Positions 40,015-53,953 are shown, counted from the first letter of the stretch. The stretch is DNA of 64,000 nt from Octopus vulgaris (GCA_951406725.2 OX597816.1:110484001-110548000); one strand, 5' to 3'. Notes: a model not told the origin generated them from the letters alone. Program-made: numbers and translations.

Positions 40015-42303
40015 GTGTATAGGTAATCTATTTCAATGCAGTTCTTTACAGACAATGACAAAACTAATATATATCAATAAAGAATGGGATAATAAATTCA
40101 ATTCTTCTTTTGCAAAATGTCCGTAGCCATAAAAGAAAAATATTAAATAAAAGGAAATGAGAGAAAATAATGAATGTTCTTTCAAAGTTTGAATTCAGTT
40201 GTATTAACGAGAAGATTTCATGTTACATATTGAGTGTTTATTGCGACACTATACATTTAGAAATAGATAAATACGGGGAAAAAATATTAAGAAGACTTAC
40301 GTTGTTTAAAATGGAAACAAAATCTTGACAGCAGGTCAAAGAGATATATGCCATTAATTACAATAAGACTTTGTTAATTTCTAATATCTATAAAGTTCAA
40401 ATAGAATTTCACCTTTCCAATATTCTCCATCAAATATGCAGAAGTGTGGTACATGAAATATTAGATTGTTGTAACATTAACTTCTACCGTATTAATTGAT
40501 CGACATTTCATTTTCTGCGTTATTACCGATTCTCATTCTTTCCTTTTTTTCAGTCTATTTTTCAATGTGTCTGCTCTGCGTATCAAATCAAATACGGATA
40601 GACACACACATTCTCTCACCCTTCCTTTCTTACACCACATAATCATAGTTATATACTTACATGTACTTTTTTATCTGTGTGTGTTTCCTTCTTTATATAT
40701 ACATACACAAATACTTGTGTGTATTACCAATTTTTAAAAACGTAACGCGGAAATCTACATGATTTCTCTCATGCTAATATCGGGCCGAAGTATTGTGATG
40801 GTGTAAATGTCAATCCTAAGAAGCGACAGGGAATAGTCAGTTAGGGTTTCAATTTAGGAGAGGTCCTGTTGAAATAATTGTTTTTTCAGTGCGTCAAAAG
40901 TTTGTGAAAAGAAAACTACACTCGTCTCTAGCAGTTCCTTTACATTTTACAACGTTTGGAAAAATACAAAAACATTATGATATATCAGTGAACGACCTCA
41001 GTTAAGTGTGTACAACATATTTTTTTTTAATGCTTCCCGCAATAAACTTGTAACTAATAATATCCTAGATTCAAATATTCCCTACCTCTCTCCAATGATG
41101 GAATGCCTAACCGATGTGAAAATCTTTACTCAATAATATAAGATCCACATGCTTCACTATTCTAGAAACATCTCTAAGAGACACTTAAAAAAAAGGCCCG
41201 GACGGTTAACGGTGTAGCATCTTGAGTATTTCATATAATTTTGTCTCTGTTGTCACGTACTGTCTCCAGTGTAAACGTTGCAATATTTTAGTAGTTTTAG
41301 TAGTGTAACTTAGCTTTACTTCTGCATCAAGTCTATCACTTCTGCATTAGCAAATCCAACAGCAGCGGCGGGTAATTACACCCAACAAACATATAGTTAA
41401 AAACATTGGACCAAGAACGTTTAGTTTTGTGACAGTGAAACATTGTCTTATTCTTATTGTGGCAATAATGGAAATGAGATGAAAAGATGAAGGACTGAGG
41501 AAGAAACAGTTCTATAAGATTACAGTTAGCTGAAGGTTCACCAGATTTTATAGACAATTCATTCCTTAACCTCAAAACTTAAATACACGCACCACACTGG
41601 CACACGAACAATCCCACACGCACACCAGTACAGATACTTATTCACATGCACACCACATGTGCGTACACACGCACTTACGCACACATACACATGCACTCAC
41701 GTGTTGGCGTGAATGCTGATATGTTTTGTAGCCAGTTGGATTCAAAAGCTGATAGCAGTGAAGATGTGGGTTCCAATGGTTTAGGTGTCATAACTTGATC
41801 TGCCCACCATCACGAACATTAGGTGTTATTTATGGTGAGCGGTTATTGTTGGTGATCTGCTAGTCATATACTTCCTAATTGTATTGTTGTAGAGGTTTAG
41901 TCTCAAGTCAATCCTCCTAGATCAAATATTAAGGACATTTCATTCCACTTTTAGAATACACTAGGCTACAACATTATATGTTTGGTTATTTTTTTTGTTT
42001 TTTCAATGCAATTGCCTTTCTACCTAACACCATATATTACTGTTGCGGTAAGTGGTTGTGATTGTGTTGGGGATAACAATTAGCACTCGCACATACATAC
42101 AAACATACATACGCATTTATACACACACACACAGACATATATATTTATACATGTGTGTATGTGTGGGCATGTATGTGTGTAATGCGATGATTGGTTTTCA
42201 AATCGTTAACTGCATAATTTGAATTTCACCAAAATGCACGTGACCATTCAGCTACCGGGAAAGTGTCAGCAATTTAAAACTACGTAATAGTTTTTAAAAA
42301 CTT

Positions 42304-43230
42304 GGATCTTTACTTTTTGACCGGCAGATTTAGAAAATAATTTTTTGTAACTAAACACTTTCCAACTTCGTATAGTGGTAGAATGTATTATATAAAACAT
42401 CTTTTACTCTCATCGTTTTTGAGGAAAGTTTATGTTTACGAAGTTATTTCGTGCTGATGTTTAAGAATTTTGGTAATATCAACCAATCAATGACGTGTAT
42501 TCAGCTGAATAAATGTACTGCTGTTGTTTGTCAACACCAACTTTGAGTGGTGTATATTTCGTTTGTCACCGTTTTTCTCTGACATATTTCATCTCAGTTA
42601 TGTTTGTATGAATAAACAAATGTATCTAAAGCATGTTTACTTCATGGCACCACCATAATCGTTCGTGCATTTCTATGGCTTGTATTTTTTTTTTCTGTTT
42701 TTCAGTTACTATTTTCGGAAAAACTTTTTGCCCCCTAACCCTACCTCGCCAATTTCTTCATTTTTCATGTTTTTCGTAACTGTAACCCTAAAACACCAAC
42801 CCTAACACTAAAATTTTAACCCTAACCCTAACTCTAAAGCCCTAACTCTAAACCCTAATCCTAACCCTATCCCTAACTCTAAAATCCTAATCCTAAAACC
42901 CTAACCCTAACCCTAAAACTTTAAAGCTAAAACAAGTACAAATGCACGAACAATGTCATAAATAACAGTGACAAACGAAATATACAGAGCCGATAGTTGT
43001 TGTTGACAAACAACGGCAGTAATTTTATTCAACTGAATACACGTCATTGATTGGTTGAAATTACCGAATACGAGAACTTTAGTACAAAATAACTGCGTAA
43101 ACATAAACCTTTCTCAAAAACGCTAAGATTAAAAGATGTTATATGACACATTCTACCAGTATACGAGGTTTGAAAGTGTTTATTTACCAAAACAATATTT
43201 TCTAAATCTGCCGGTCAAAAGATAAGATCC
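42304..43230. mobile_element. Non-autonomous TIR element (MITE/foldback) with ~270-bp inverted arms and internal (CCCTAA)n
   Basis: Termini GGATCTTTACTTTTTGACCGGCAGATTTAGAAAATA / TATTTTCTAAATCTGCCGGTCAAAAGATAAGATCC. Arms ~42304-42575 and ~42965-43230. Degenerate CCCTAA array ~42730-42916. Flanks AAAAACTT/AATAGCTT may be a decayed 8-bp TSD. Confidence 0.88.
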
Positions 43231-43673
43231 AATAGCTTCCGTAACAGTGAAATTACAAACTGAAAAATATATGATACGGTGCTAGGAATATAAAAACATA
43301 CTAGATTTGTTCTTTAATTTGCAAGTTCTGTTCGAATTACTCCCGTTTGTATAGAGGAGATACAATAATCTTCAGAATGACAACGAAGGTACTAGTTAAT
43401 TAGTAGATATCATTGCTATTAAGAAAATAACTACCAAAAATATTGAATGAATTTCTAAGGTATATAGAGCAATGAGTCTTCTTTAAATTTCATAGATTCG
43501 AACGAGAGAAAATAACATTTCCCTCGTCTGAAAGAAAGACATTCTCCATAAACTTTTTATATTTGTCTGAGCTTAGATTAATATATATCACAAAATTAGT
43601 TGCTCCAAATACTTGCGAGTAAGTAAGTATGGAAGGTGTGTAGCAATGTGTAGAAATATTCTGTCATATCTAT

Positions 43674-43724
43674 GACTGATAATTAAAAACAAATGGAGAC
43701 TGATAATTAAAAACAAATGGAGAC
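43674..43724. repeat. Perfect 24-bp tandem duplication
   Basis: GACTGATAATTAAAAACAAATGGA x2 plus GAC. Confidence 0.9.
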
Positions 43725-46700
43725 ATTTTTATCTTGCATCTAACATTATAATACGAATTTATTTGACAAAACATTAACCAAAATAAGGTTTTAAATATGT
43801 TGGCAACGGATTTTTCTATATCGATTATATTATAGAGCTAATATTTGATTATAGATGAAACAGCTATGGATATCTCGGTAGTATATGGGAAGCCTGACTT
43901 AATAATCTTTTAAGTAGAATTACTAAAATTATAGATATATAAGTGAAGGGTTATCATACAGGCTGGTAAAATATATTTACAACCCGGTGAGGTGTATCGT
44001 AAACTATAATATGTAAATAAATAAAGTTTTGTATGAAATTACAAAGAAAGTGTTTTATGGAATATGATTTATTAGTTAGTGAACATTATGTTTACAATCT
44101 TTGGATTAAAGGCAAGATCTATCCCAGTAGAGGGTAACATATTTCTACAGTCATTTGGTTTGTACTGTATTCTCAGCGGGTAATTCTATCACAATTGAAA
44201 TAACTGGGCATTATTATTAGAATACGTATCATAAAACGTTGATGAGACCAATATATATTATGGACAAACATGTGGTTATTCAGTAACACTTTTATCAATA
44301 TGCTGTGGAAAAACTGCACATTAAGTTTATTTACAAAATGATGTGATTTGGGAAGATGTAATGCGGAGGGTAAAACAATTTACGGCTACTTTAGTAGAAG
44401 TAAGAAGAGTATCAAAATATTATAGAAAGATTTCGATGATATGCAATGCATTTAGCTTAACTGAAAATATGGCGGAATTATATTATGATGTCATAAATAA
44501 AAGGAATTATGCACACAGGAACAGAACAAACCCGAGTGGAGGACTGATTTATTAAAATTTCAATAAATGACTATAATACTGTGCTGTTCAAGAAAGAAAG
44601 AGCACAAATGATAATGCCACTGTTATTAATATCTGACAGCATAGGAACGCTGATCTACATCTAAATCGTACTAATTCTGTATGATATTCTTACATACTTG
44701 TATTCAGGAATATTATTTTCTCGTGGGACTTAGACAACAGGACTGCCAATCATGTTGATTGATACACAGCAGATGGCTATTTTTACACTCCTTTCTGCTA
44801 TAATTCAACTTACATTAGGGATTTTTATTTAAAATTTCCTGTCTTAGATTTTGTACATTTACATCAAACGCATATCTCTCGAGGAAACATTCTTTCGCTC
44901 TGCTTAACAAAATCAAAAATACATAACAAATTACATTAATCTGCACAAATATTGCGGCATCATTCGGCCAATTGTGTTGACCGACATCCTTTCTATATGT
45001 TTATAGTTATAGGTAAATAACATGGTTGGCGAAATATCGAGCTGTGTTGCTACAAATGTGATATCCTTTGCAAAAAGATCGAAAACAGGAGTGACGTTCA
45101 TTAAATTCCTAATGTTATTAACTACCTCAGGTCATTAAGTTTTTCTGAAACTAAAATCTGGTGAGATGAAGGGAGAAACGTGTTTTCCTGAAGGGCTAAC
45201 ATTTGAACTTCGAATATCTTGCTGTATTTCGTCCACAACTTTGCACTTTCAGTTCAAAATGTTGAGTTCAAAACGTACTTATTTGTCTCTTTCACACACC
45301 GTTGGATAGGCTGTGAAAAGTTTGAAGGATGCCTTTCTCAGTATTTTCGATGTCAGGGACGAGAAAGTTAAGACACATAATTAAATTAATTATAAATATT
45401 CTGAGAGCGCAAACAAGTCCCCCTTATTCCAACAGTTGGAGTTTTTTAGACGATGACGATTCTGCTATTGTGTGCACCTATCACTGACATGACCAGTATT
45501 CATATCCACAATATTACCTCACAATAATTTCAATAGATATACACATATAATGGATAAAACACAAAAGAAGCAAACACTTCATACACGTAAATACACTGGA
45601 AATATGAGATTTGTACAACTTATCAACAGGTTAAAAAAAAACAATAAAGTTGTTCAGAGTTTATGTCTGAATCAACAGACTGTATCGGGTACATCAAAAA
45701 TTAATTCCATTATTGTTATCGGACTTGTTATAAAGGTAGTGGACATCGTTATGGCAAAGAAATGTTACTCTAAATACTTTCTATTATTTCTTTTCATCTC
45801 TTTATGTGTCAAGCTCAAATCCTGTGTAAATAAACGCTACTTTTTGTTTTCTCGTAATCCAAAATGTATCTATAAGTGTGTGTATATATCTGTGTTATTA
45901 TTTCCTTCTGATGAACCTAGTAATACTATTGGTGATTAGTTTTCTTTTAAATAAGATGAAATAAAAACGGAAAAACCTTCACACGAAATAAAACCAAAAA
46001 CTAGTTGAAAAGGCAATGACGTATATAAGGAAAATGAACCCGACACATATGTGAACAAATAAGTTCTGGAATTTACAATGTAAGAATTATTTGCAACGTA
46101 TATTTAATTATGGTTGTTATTGATTTATGTGTAGGTTGACACTTATAGAAATTGACACTCAGCTTATATAAATTACAATAACATACAAAACACTAGTTTC
46201 TAGCTTGCTAGATTTTCAATATAGAACTTCTGTTTGCTATGATCGCTTCAGTAATAATCAGCTTTTATACTTTATCCTCCTCGAGAAGATATATCTTCTG
46301 CCCTGTAAATGCAAGTGAATATAACGTCATTTTTATCGGATTAATTAATGTCATATGAAATTAAGACAACCTCCTTTGAATGATATCGGATCATTTTGGT
46401 GACATACAGACAAAATATATTCCTGGTCAAACCCCAGGTATATAATGATATAATAGACACACTATAGAGCGGATGTAGATATGAATTTGGTTCTTGGAGA
46501 TAAGTATTTTGTATGTCAAATCTATATTTCCTTGGATACCAAATCGAGATCGCCGTAGTAACAAAGCTAAAGATAAATAGATTGGATGAAATGGACGATA
46601 TAGTGTTGAATAGTTTTATAGCTATAAGTCAAAGCAAACGGGTGGATTATGTAGTTAGCTGCTTCAATCGCCCTGTTCAAATTTGCCTGCTGAGCTGTAA

Positions 46701-48669
46701 AAGACGATGGAAAAACACACTTGCGTTTTGTTTTCTTTCTACAGATAAATCGCTATGTTGATTATTTATGCAAGAAGGCCGGTTAGTAGAATTTGTTTGT
46801 TGCAATTTTGATCAGTTATATTACTGGCTGATGTTAACATGCTCACTTATTATGCTCATGGAAGGCGCCGAGTGTCGCTCTGTAAACTGACAAATGGGAA
46901 TACAAATCATTGTGATAAGTATACTTATGACTTGTTAAGGGAACAGCCTCTCTCACATTTTTTTTTTACTGATTCAGTAAAACTGATGTAATTAATGTCC
47001 TAAGGTAAAAATGAAATTCACAGCTACTTTTCGATTTAATGCAGTATTTTCTGACAGTTTCTTATGAATTTTCGTAGCGTTGTTTTCATTGCTATTATGA
47101 TAGGCTCTTTAAAACGTTTTCCACCGAGCTTTATAGAAGTTAGATAAGCAGTCATATGCCAAATATGAAAAGAAAACGTTCATTTATCTTTTTGTTCAAT
47201 TTGATTTAATGTGTAAACGGAGCTGCAGTGGAAATATTCCTCTTCTAGAACTTGGGAAATTATTCCATTAGATTATTTTATTTTTTCCATAGATATTTTC
47301 TCTGAAACGTCTTTCCTCGTTTTTGATTTACCTTCTAATTATTTTTTCTCTTATTTCTATTCTTCATAGATTATAGCTTTCTTTTGTAATTCCTTTTTCT
47401 GTACTTGTTGATAATAACAATGGTAATGATGATAGTGACGAACGATTTGCTGTAGTGGTAACTGCAATATTTTGTAAAGGTTTTTGGTTTCTAGCTTTGC
47501 ATGTTCTTTTCAGTTCTCTATAAATGCTTGATTAACCATGCGATTAAAAGAAAACCACGCAATTGGAAGATATCTCAAATGAATGAGTGGCGTTATGTTT
47601 AAAGGGGGAGAGAAATCGGAAGGTTTCTAAGAATATAAAAACAACGAAGAAAATAAATCGTACCGAAAAAGTGTAATGCATGAAATTGACCAAATAAATA
47701 TAGAGGAGATAAAATGTTAAGAGGCTATCTGATGCAGTAAAATATAAGATATAGTCAATGTGTAGTAAAACTGTCGTTATTATTAAATATAATTACAGAT
47801 TAAAATTTCAGCTCTGTGCCTTGCTACAATGGGCTTCACTCTAGCTATTCTGAATACTTAATATAAATATTTTAATGCAAATATTTTTAACGATTTTTAT
47901 AATACTCACCTGAATATTAAACACAGATAATACAAAGAAATTGAACAGAAGCTGGTTCCTCTACTACTATCATGCAAGTGAATCAAAGGGAAGTATTCGT
48001 GTTTCCCAGACGCCAAATGTAAGTATAAGTGTTGTTAGAGCATTATTTGAAGAGTAGTCGTCAAAAACGATAGTAAATCAAACCGTCTATATTTTATACA
48101 ATTTGTTTGATAGAGAAATCAAAATAAAATTTCTGTTTGTCACATGCCTCAATAGATTAATTCACATTTTTACAATTTCTAACTGCAACATTCGTTGATG
48201 AAATGAATTCGAACAAGTTTCTAAGCTTACAGCAATAAGTATAAAATATGTTTTATTTATCCAGTGACAGGTGTAAAAAGTTAAATATGATGATTTGTAT
48301 TTCGGTGAAACGTTATAATTTCATACCAGAATCTTTACGCAGAATGAACAGAGCCAGAAAATATCATGATTACTTTTTCAGAGATCTAAGTATTCAGAAA
48401 TATTACCTCCCTAAAAAGTATACAGATCATATAAATATGTAACCCACAAGTAAAAGCAGGACTGATCTAGGAATGACGATGTTACATTTTTAAACAGCCT
48501 GAAGTGTTACTCCTGTAAGTGTGAGGTGACAATTTGGAAACTAGTACACAAATAGGTTGAATGGAACCTATGTAAGGACCCGTGTTTTGAAGGAAGAGAA
48601 TATCTTGGGTTTGAAAGCAAAGTAGATTATTTATTGTATTCTATATAATATTATATGATGAACGCTCCC

Positions 48670-48950
48670 GTCGAAAACCACGTATGAGTGTTCAGGTTTG
48701 TGACGATCGACCTGCACAAATGATTCGTTTATAGTGATCGAATGTTCGTGCAGCACATTAGCTCACTCTCTTCATCAAGTTGACGTTGTCTGAACATTTG
48801 CATGATGTACCACACGCCAAGAGTCGAAGTGATCGCAGAGCAACATGAGATGAAGTGTTTTTCACAGGAACAGGATTCACAATCCACTCAAGGGATTGGA
48901 ACCACGACATCGCGGTCGCGGTGGCAACAACCTAACAACTGGGCCATATG
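48670..48950 (-). mobile_element. tRNA-derived SINE
   Basis: Minus-strand head TGGCCCAGTTGTTAGG (A box) ... GTGGTTCCAATCCC (B box), followed by a segment shared with 32725-32835. Confidence 0.7.
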
Positions 48951-49699
48951 CGCTCATAAAATCATTGCCAGCAAGCGCCTACGGGAATCGAAACCCTACC
49001 CCTCAGATACCGGTTGAATACTCATTCATTAAGCTAACGGTAAGTTAGTATTCGTATAATTTATGCATAATGTTAAACAGCTTCATCGAAATAAATATGC
49101 CTTAAAAATAATCAGATTTTAGTTACTGATATGAATGATATTATTTGTCGGCATGTATAGTGGGACAAACAGCATATTCTTTCGTCTCAATCCAAAATTC
49201 CATTATTGTAGATGGGAAACATACACAATGTTAGTATTGAGTTCATGATAAATATAAAAAAAACACGCGTACAATCACATATATAGTGAGAAAGGGTAAG
49301 ATAAATAAATTGATGCATACTGAAAACTGTATATATATACATACAAATGAGCGTACATATATACTTCCATACGTGTGTATGTATGTATATAGATAGATAA
49401 ATGGCTATATAGATACATACATACAAACATGCGATATTAAATATCAACAGAATAGGTATTACGTCGTCAACTTCAGTCGCTTACAGGTGTTTCTGCTATA
49501 GGTTGCAGTGCACTCAGAGTCAATGCTTTATATGTTACAACAGAAATAGCAGTAAGCTAATGAAGTTGATTACGTACTTCTTATTCCATTTTCAGTATAT
49601 ATATTACATTCGTTACTCAACTAATATACACTTTATGAAGCATATATATATTGAGTTGTAGACCGGGTTAATATGAGCAAGCGAAAACTTAATACAATC

Positions 49700-50395
49700 C
49701 AGGGGCTACTCAAAAGAAACTGGAATTTTGCAATTTTATTTTATTCACTTAATTTTATTTGTTTACACTTGTATTGCCTTCAAGGTATTCTTCATTTGAA
49801 ACACTGCATAAGTCCAGACACGTTTACCATTGTTCCAAGCAGTGCTGCAACTCTTACAAAGGGATTACTTTTAACGCCTCCGTCGTTTTTTGTTTAGCTC
49901 TCCCACATCTGCAAATTCCATAGCACCTGCTCTCGTCAGCTGTGCTGACCTTCGAAAAATAGGTCCGGGTCAATTTCCAACTGTTCTTTGCTGCAACTCT
50001 TTTCAATCGCAATTCCTCGCTCAGAATTCGTTGGCAGGAGCTCCATGACACCACAGTCGAATCAACAAGTTCCGGACAAGCTTCATGACATGTTTTGCTC
50101 ATGACAGCGTTCTTGTAAGCTTTTTGAAGTATGACAACTGTTTAGGCCGCCATTTTGTGCAGCAGGAAATAGAATTTCATGGAAGCACGCTGTTCCTTCG
50201 TTTCAACCAAAATCGATGAACAGGAGAGAAGCACTACAAAGAAAAGATGCACGTACAGTAGGACTACTCTAGACGAATCCGGTCGACAGACTGACTTCTG
50301 AGGGTCGTATCAGGGGGCTTATAGTGTCAGAAGCCTGATCTACAACGGGCATGTCCTGCAGAGAACGTTTCCTGTTACTTTCGGGTATCCCCTCG
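49700..50395 (-). mobile_element. Internally deleted mariner element
   Basis: Imperfect TIRs CAGGGGCTACTCAAAAGAAACTGGAA / TTCCTGTTACTTTCGGGTATCCCCTCG-TA. Remnants SWSSCQRILSEELRLKRVAAK and FSKVSTADESRCYG (TGDE.W motif). Confidence 0.8.
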
Positions 50396-50569
50396 TATAT
50401 GTGTGTGTGTGTGTGTATGTGTGTAAGTTGTGTGCACGTGTATGCGTGAATATGTGTGAGTGTATAAAATACCGATACATTCGGCGCTTCCAAAGTTAGT
50501 TGCTAAAGTATTCTCACATTCGAAAAGCTATTATTTAACATCAAAATTGACTGTTAACGTCCTCAGTGC

Positions 50570-50690
50570 TGTTTAGCTTAGCGGTACAGAGCACTCAGTC
50601 GGTACCTGAGAGGTAAGGGGTTGATTTCACGGCGCCGCCTACTGGTAGCTCACACCGCCTCTACTATCATCTAAGGATAAATATGCAATG
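50570..50690 (+). mobile_element. tRNA-like SINE head, degenerate
   Basis: TTAGCTTAGCGGTACAGAGCA (A-box/D-arm-like) ... GGTTGATTTC (decayed B box). No complete cloverleaf. Confidence 0.45.
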
Positions 50691-50999
50691 TTACCGGCTC
50701 TTTTCACAGATATAATGTCTTAGAAATTTTCATATAAATTGAAGTAACTGCGAACAGGGGTTATACTCAGGCTTTCACGATATTTTATTTCTTACTCCAA
50801 GGTAGACAGCAGGTAGATATTACACTATTCTTAAATATTATGTAATCTTATCGTGTTTAATCTAACTTGGATGTGTGTTCTCAAGTCAATGTATCAATAA
50901 AAGTAAGAAATAATATAAGTGTGCAAACAATTTGATATTGATATTAAAACTCCGATACATGTATTGCGAAATGTATTAGAGGTTTTAGTCTATTTAACT

Positions 51000-51385
51000 G
51001 GTTAGCTGCCAGAACCGTTAGCACGCCGGGAAAAATGTCTTAGTATTTCGATTCCGTTACGTTCTGAGTTCAAATTCCACCGAGGTCGACTTTGCCTTTC
51101 ATTCTTTCGGGTCGATAAATTAAGTACCACTTACGTACTGGGGTCGGTGTAATAGACTTAATCCGTTTGTGTGTCCTTGTTTGCTCCCTCTTTGTTTAGC
51201 CCCTTGTGGGTAGTAAAGAAATAGGTATTTCGTCTGTATTTACGTTCTGAGTTCAAATTCAGGTCGATTTTGCCTTTCATCCTTTCGATGCCGTTATAAG
51301 AATCAGCTGAGCACGGGGGTCGATGTAATTGCCTAGCCGCCCTCTCACACAACTTCAAACCCCATGTCTATAGTTGCAAATAATA
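51000..51385 (+). mobile_element. SINE with internally duplicated body (dimer-like)
   Basis: AGAACCGTTAGCACGCCGGG..TTACGTTCTGAGTTCAAATTC..AGGTCGA.TTTGCCTTTCAT.CTTTCG..GGGGTCG.TGTAAT; the body occurs twice (~51057 and ~51240). Confidence 0.85.
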
Positions 51386-51473
51386 TATTCAATTGGTAGT
51401 ATGAAAAATAAAATAGCGAAGATAAAATAATTGTTAGTCAATTAAAATACATCTATGAACTTTCGCTCGTTTA

Positions 51474-52765
51474 CGAGGGGCGTTCAATAAGTAATGCCCC
51501 TGACCCACTTCCCATAGCAGTAGAGCAACGAGACTTGGCACAGTTATTAGTCTTTTTCTACATAAGAACCACCCAGAGTTACGCGTTTCTCCCATCGTTT
51601 GATGCGGCTCTGGAGACCGTTTTTGTAGAAGAACCCAGCTTAGTCCTCCAACCTCAACGTGACTTCAGAAATCAAGGCTGCATCATCTGGGAAACGCTTT
51701 CCTTTCAAAAACAACTTCATGATTGGGAAGAGGTGAAAATCAGAGGGTGCAAGGTCAGGAAAGTAGGGGGGGCTGGGGAGGAGTTCATAGCCATACACCT
51801 GTGCTTCTGATCTGGCGACAAGCGAGTTGTGGACCGGAGCGTTGTCCTGCAGGAGGAGGATGCCTTTGCTGACCTGGCCCCGCCTCTTGATTTTGATAAC
51901 TTCTCTTAATTTCCTCAAAAGTGAAGCATAATAGGCTCCTGCAATTATGGTACCCTTTGCCAGGAAATCTGTCATCACTACTCCGTCCTGGTCCCAGAAG
52001 ACTGTGAGTATGACCTTGCCAGCGGAGGGCTGCACCCTTGTTTTCTTTGGAGGGAGTGAGTCACGGTGCTTCCACTGCATTGACTGGGCTTTGGTCTCTG
52101 GATCATCGTGATGGACCCAGGTTTCATCCTGTGTAATCAGTCTTCTGAAAAACTTTGACTCATCTTCTTGGCACATATCCAAATTCACCCTCGAGCACTC
52201 GACGCGTTCTTACTTCTGGAAAGGCGTGAGCAACTTGGGAATCCATCTGGCAGACACCTTTTGCATATGCAAATGGTCATGAATGATAGTTTCCACAGAC
52301 CCGGTACTAATCTTGACCTCATGGGCTATTTGGCGAATAATTATGCGTCGATCTTCCAAAATGGCAGCCTCAACTTGACGGACAGATGCCTCATCAATGG
52401 AAGACGGGGGCGACCAGATCTGGGAGCTGTTTCCACAGAGTTCCGACCATGTTTCAATTCACGATGCCAGCGTTTTACAAGGACATATGATGGGGCATCA
52501 TCACCATAAGTTACTTTCATTTCATCAAAAGTCTCCCGTGGTGTGCGTCCTTTCAAATACAAAAACCGGATCACTGCTCGACACTCAACAGGCTCCATCT
52601 CACACTTGACTCGGTTCAAACACCTGTAAATCAGAAACCACAATTATATCAGAGCTGTAATTTGCCCCTTACTCTATAGAGATATAAATGATTGCACATG
52701 CAAAATGTCAGCTAGATTAAACAATTGCAAGTGGGTCAGAGGCATTACTTATTGAACGTCCCTCG
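51474..52765 (-). mobile_element. Full-length mariner DNA transposon (~1292 bp) with TA TSD
   Basis: Near-perfect ~37-bp TIRs CGAGGGGCGTTCAATAAGTAATGCCCCTGACCCACTT / AAGTGGGTCAGAGGCATTACTTATTGAACGTCCCTCG, flanked by TA on both sides. Confidence 0.96.
51547..52598 (-). pseudogene. Mariner DD34D transposase pseudogene
   Basis: MEPVECRAVIRFLYLKG...PRSGRP HTH region, then a frameshift near 52390; TQDETWVH, LLQDNAPVH and PPYFPDLAPSDFHLF with exactly 34 residues between D2 and D3. Premature stop at 51640; inferred natural end ..GGSYVEKD* at 51547. Confidence 0.93.
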
Positions 52766-53538
52766 TAAATTATATCCGTATTTTACTCTTGAGCCACTTA
52801 CTAACAAATTATTGAATGATATGTAAACTTTGCAAGTGTAGAACTTTAACTTTGATGCATATCGTGTTACTAACTCTTTATTGTAAATATATCACAAAGT
52901 CCACATCTGAATCCGCAGCAAACACCTTCATTGACTTGACAAGTTAATAAATGTTTCCTGGTGTTTTGGAGTAATAAGTTTACAGTATGGTATGAGACAT
53001 TCTGCATTTATACATCATTGATATTATCAAATCTTCATTGTTGGTCATCACTCATTTAACAGTCTTGTTGTAATCATGAAACAATTTCCTATTCCTTATT
53101 ATATAATTAAGATAGTACAGACAAATGTGGACTTCATGCTATATAATACTTACATTTAACTAACATTTTCCACTTCAGATCACGTCTTACGACTCCTACT
53201 GTAATCACTGTAGCTACACGCAATATATAACTATTCTTATAACAATTCACATCGATTTTATTTTCCATTTATCCAAGCTAATATATGATGTTGAGGTACA
53301 ACGGCGGATATGAGTGTCCAATATGTGTGTCTTCTTGTGCCTACGTAATAAATGATTGATGCACCTCAATATGTCCTAGAAAATTCTAATACTAAGGTTA
53401 TAACCAAAATAATAAAGGAAAATTTTCCTTCCTGCGTCTACTGTTTTTCAGTGAGTATTATGCTTTTATGAGGGATTCTTCGGGAGAGTATGCAACACTT
53501 GACATTTGTTGCCATTCCTCCAATATTTTCCGTTTTTC

Positions 53539-53953
53539 GGATCTTTTCGGTTTGAAGGGCAGTTTTTTCTAGCGGTGTCATTTGAAATTGTCACCCATAA
53601 TTATGACCCTGTATCGATCTATTGCATTTCAATCTGTTTTAGGGTTAGGGTTAGGGTGGGGGTAAGGGTATCTTTTTTTCTTCACAAATGTAAATAAACC
53701 CAATCTGTTTCTTAAACGAGGGACATATTCATACGGCACATAATGTTTTTTAACTCAATGGACGTCATCGATTGGCTGAAATTGCAGAAACTAAAGAAAA
53801 AAGACAGCAAATATCTTACAAACTATAGAATTTTCTCAATAAAGTCAAGAGAAAAAGATGTTTTATGAACATATTCTACCAGTATACGAAGTTTAATTTT
53901 TTTTAGTTACCTAGAAATTATGTTAAAAACTGCCGTTCAAACCGAAAACATCC
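53539..53953. mobile_element. MITE with GG..CC TIRs, 8-bp TSD and internal (TTAGGG)3
   Basis: TIRs GGATCTTTTCGGTTTGAAGGGCAGTTTTT / AAAAACTGCCGTTCAAACCGAAAACATCC. TSD CGTTTTTC at 53531-53538 and 53954-53961. Right subterminal region matches 43040-43170. Confidence 0.92.

Noticed and set aside
40270-40340. Minus-strand ATG...GTAAGT mini-exon (MAYISLTCCQDFVSILNN)
   Set aside because: An isolated donor match is expected by chance in AT-rich DNA; no partner exon found.
42730-42916. Telomere or chromosome-fusion site
   Set aside because: The repeats are degenerate, single-orientation and enclosed by the TIR arms of a MITE.
47900-48190. Possible exon with strong minus-strand donor (TTCAG|GTGAGT at ~47909)
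   Set aside because: The frames I checked contain stops upstream; a coding exon cannot be supported (a non-coding exon is not excluded).
50570-50650. tRNA gene
   Set aside because: Only A/B-box-like remnants without acceptor or T stems; better explained as a SINE head.
51535-52609. Plus-strand ORFs 51535-51810, 52168-52509 and 52397-52609
   Set aside because: Antisense to the mariner transposase.
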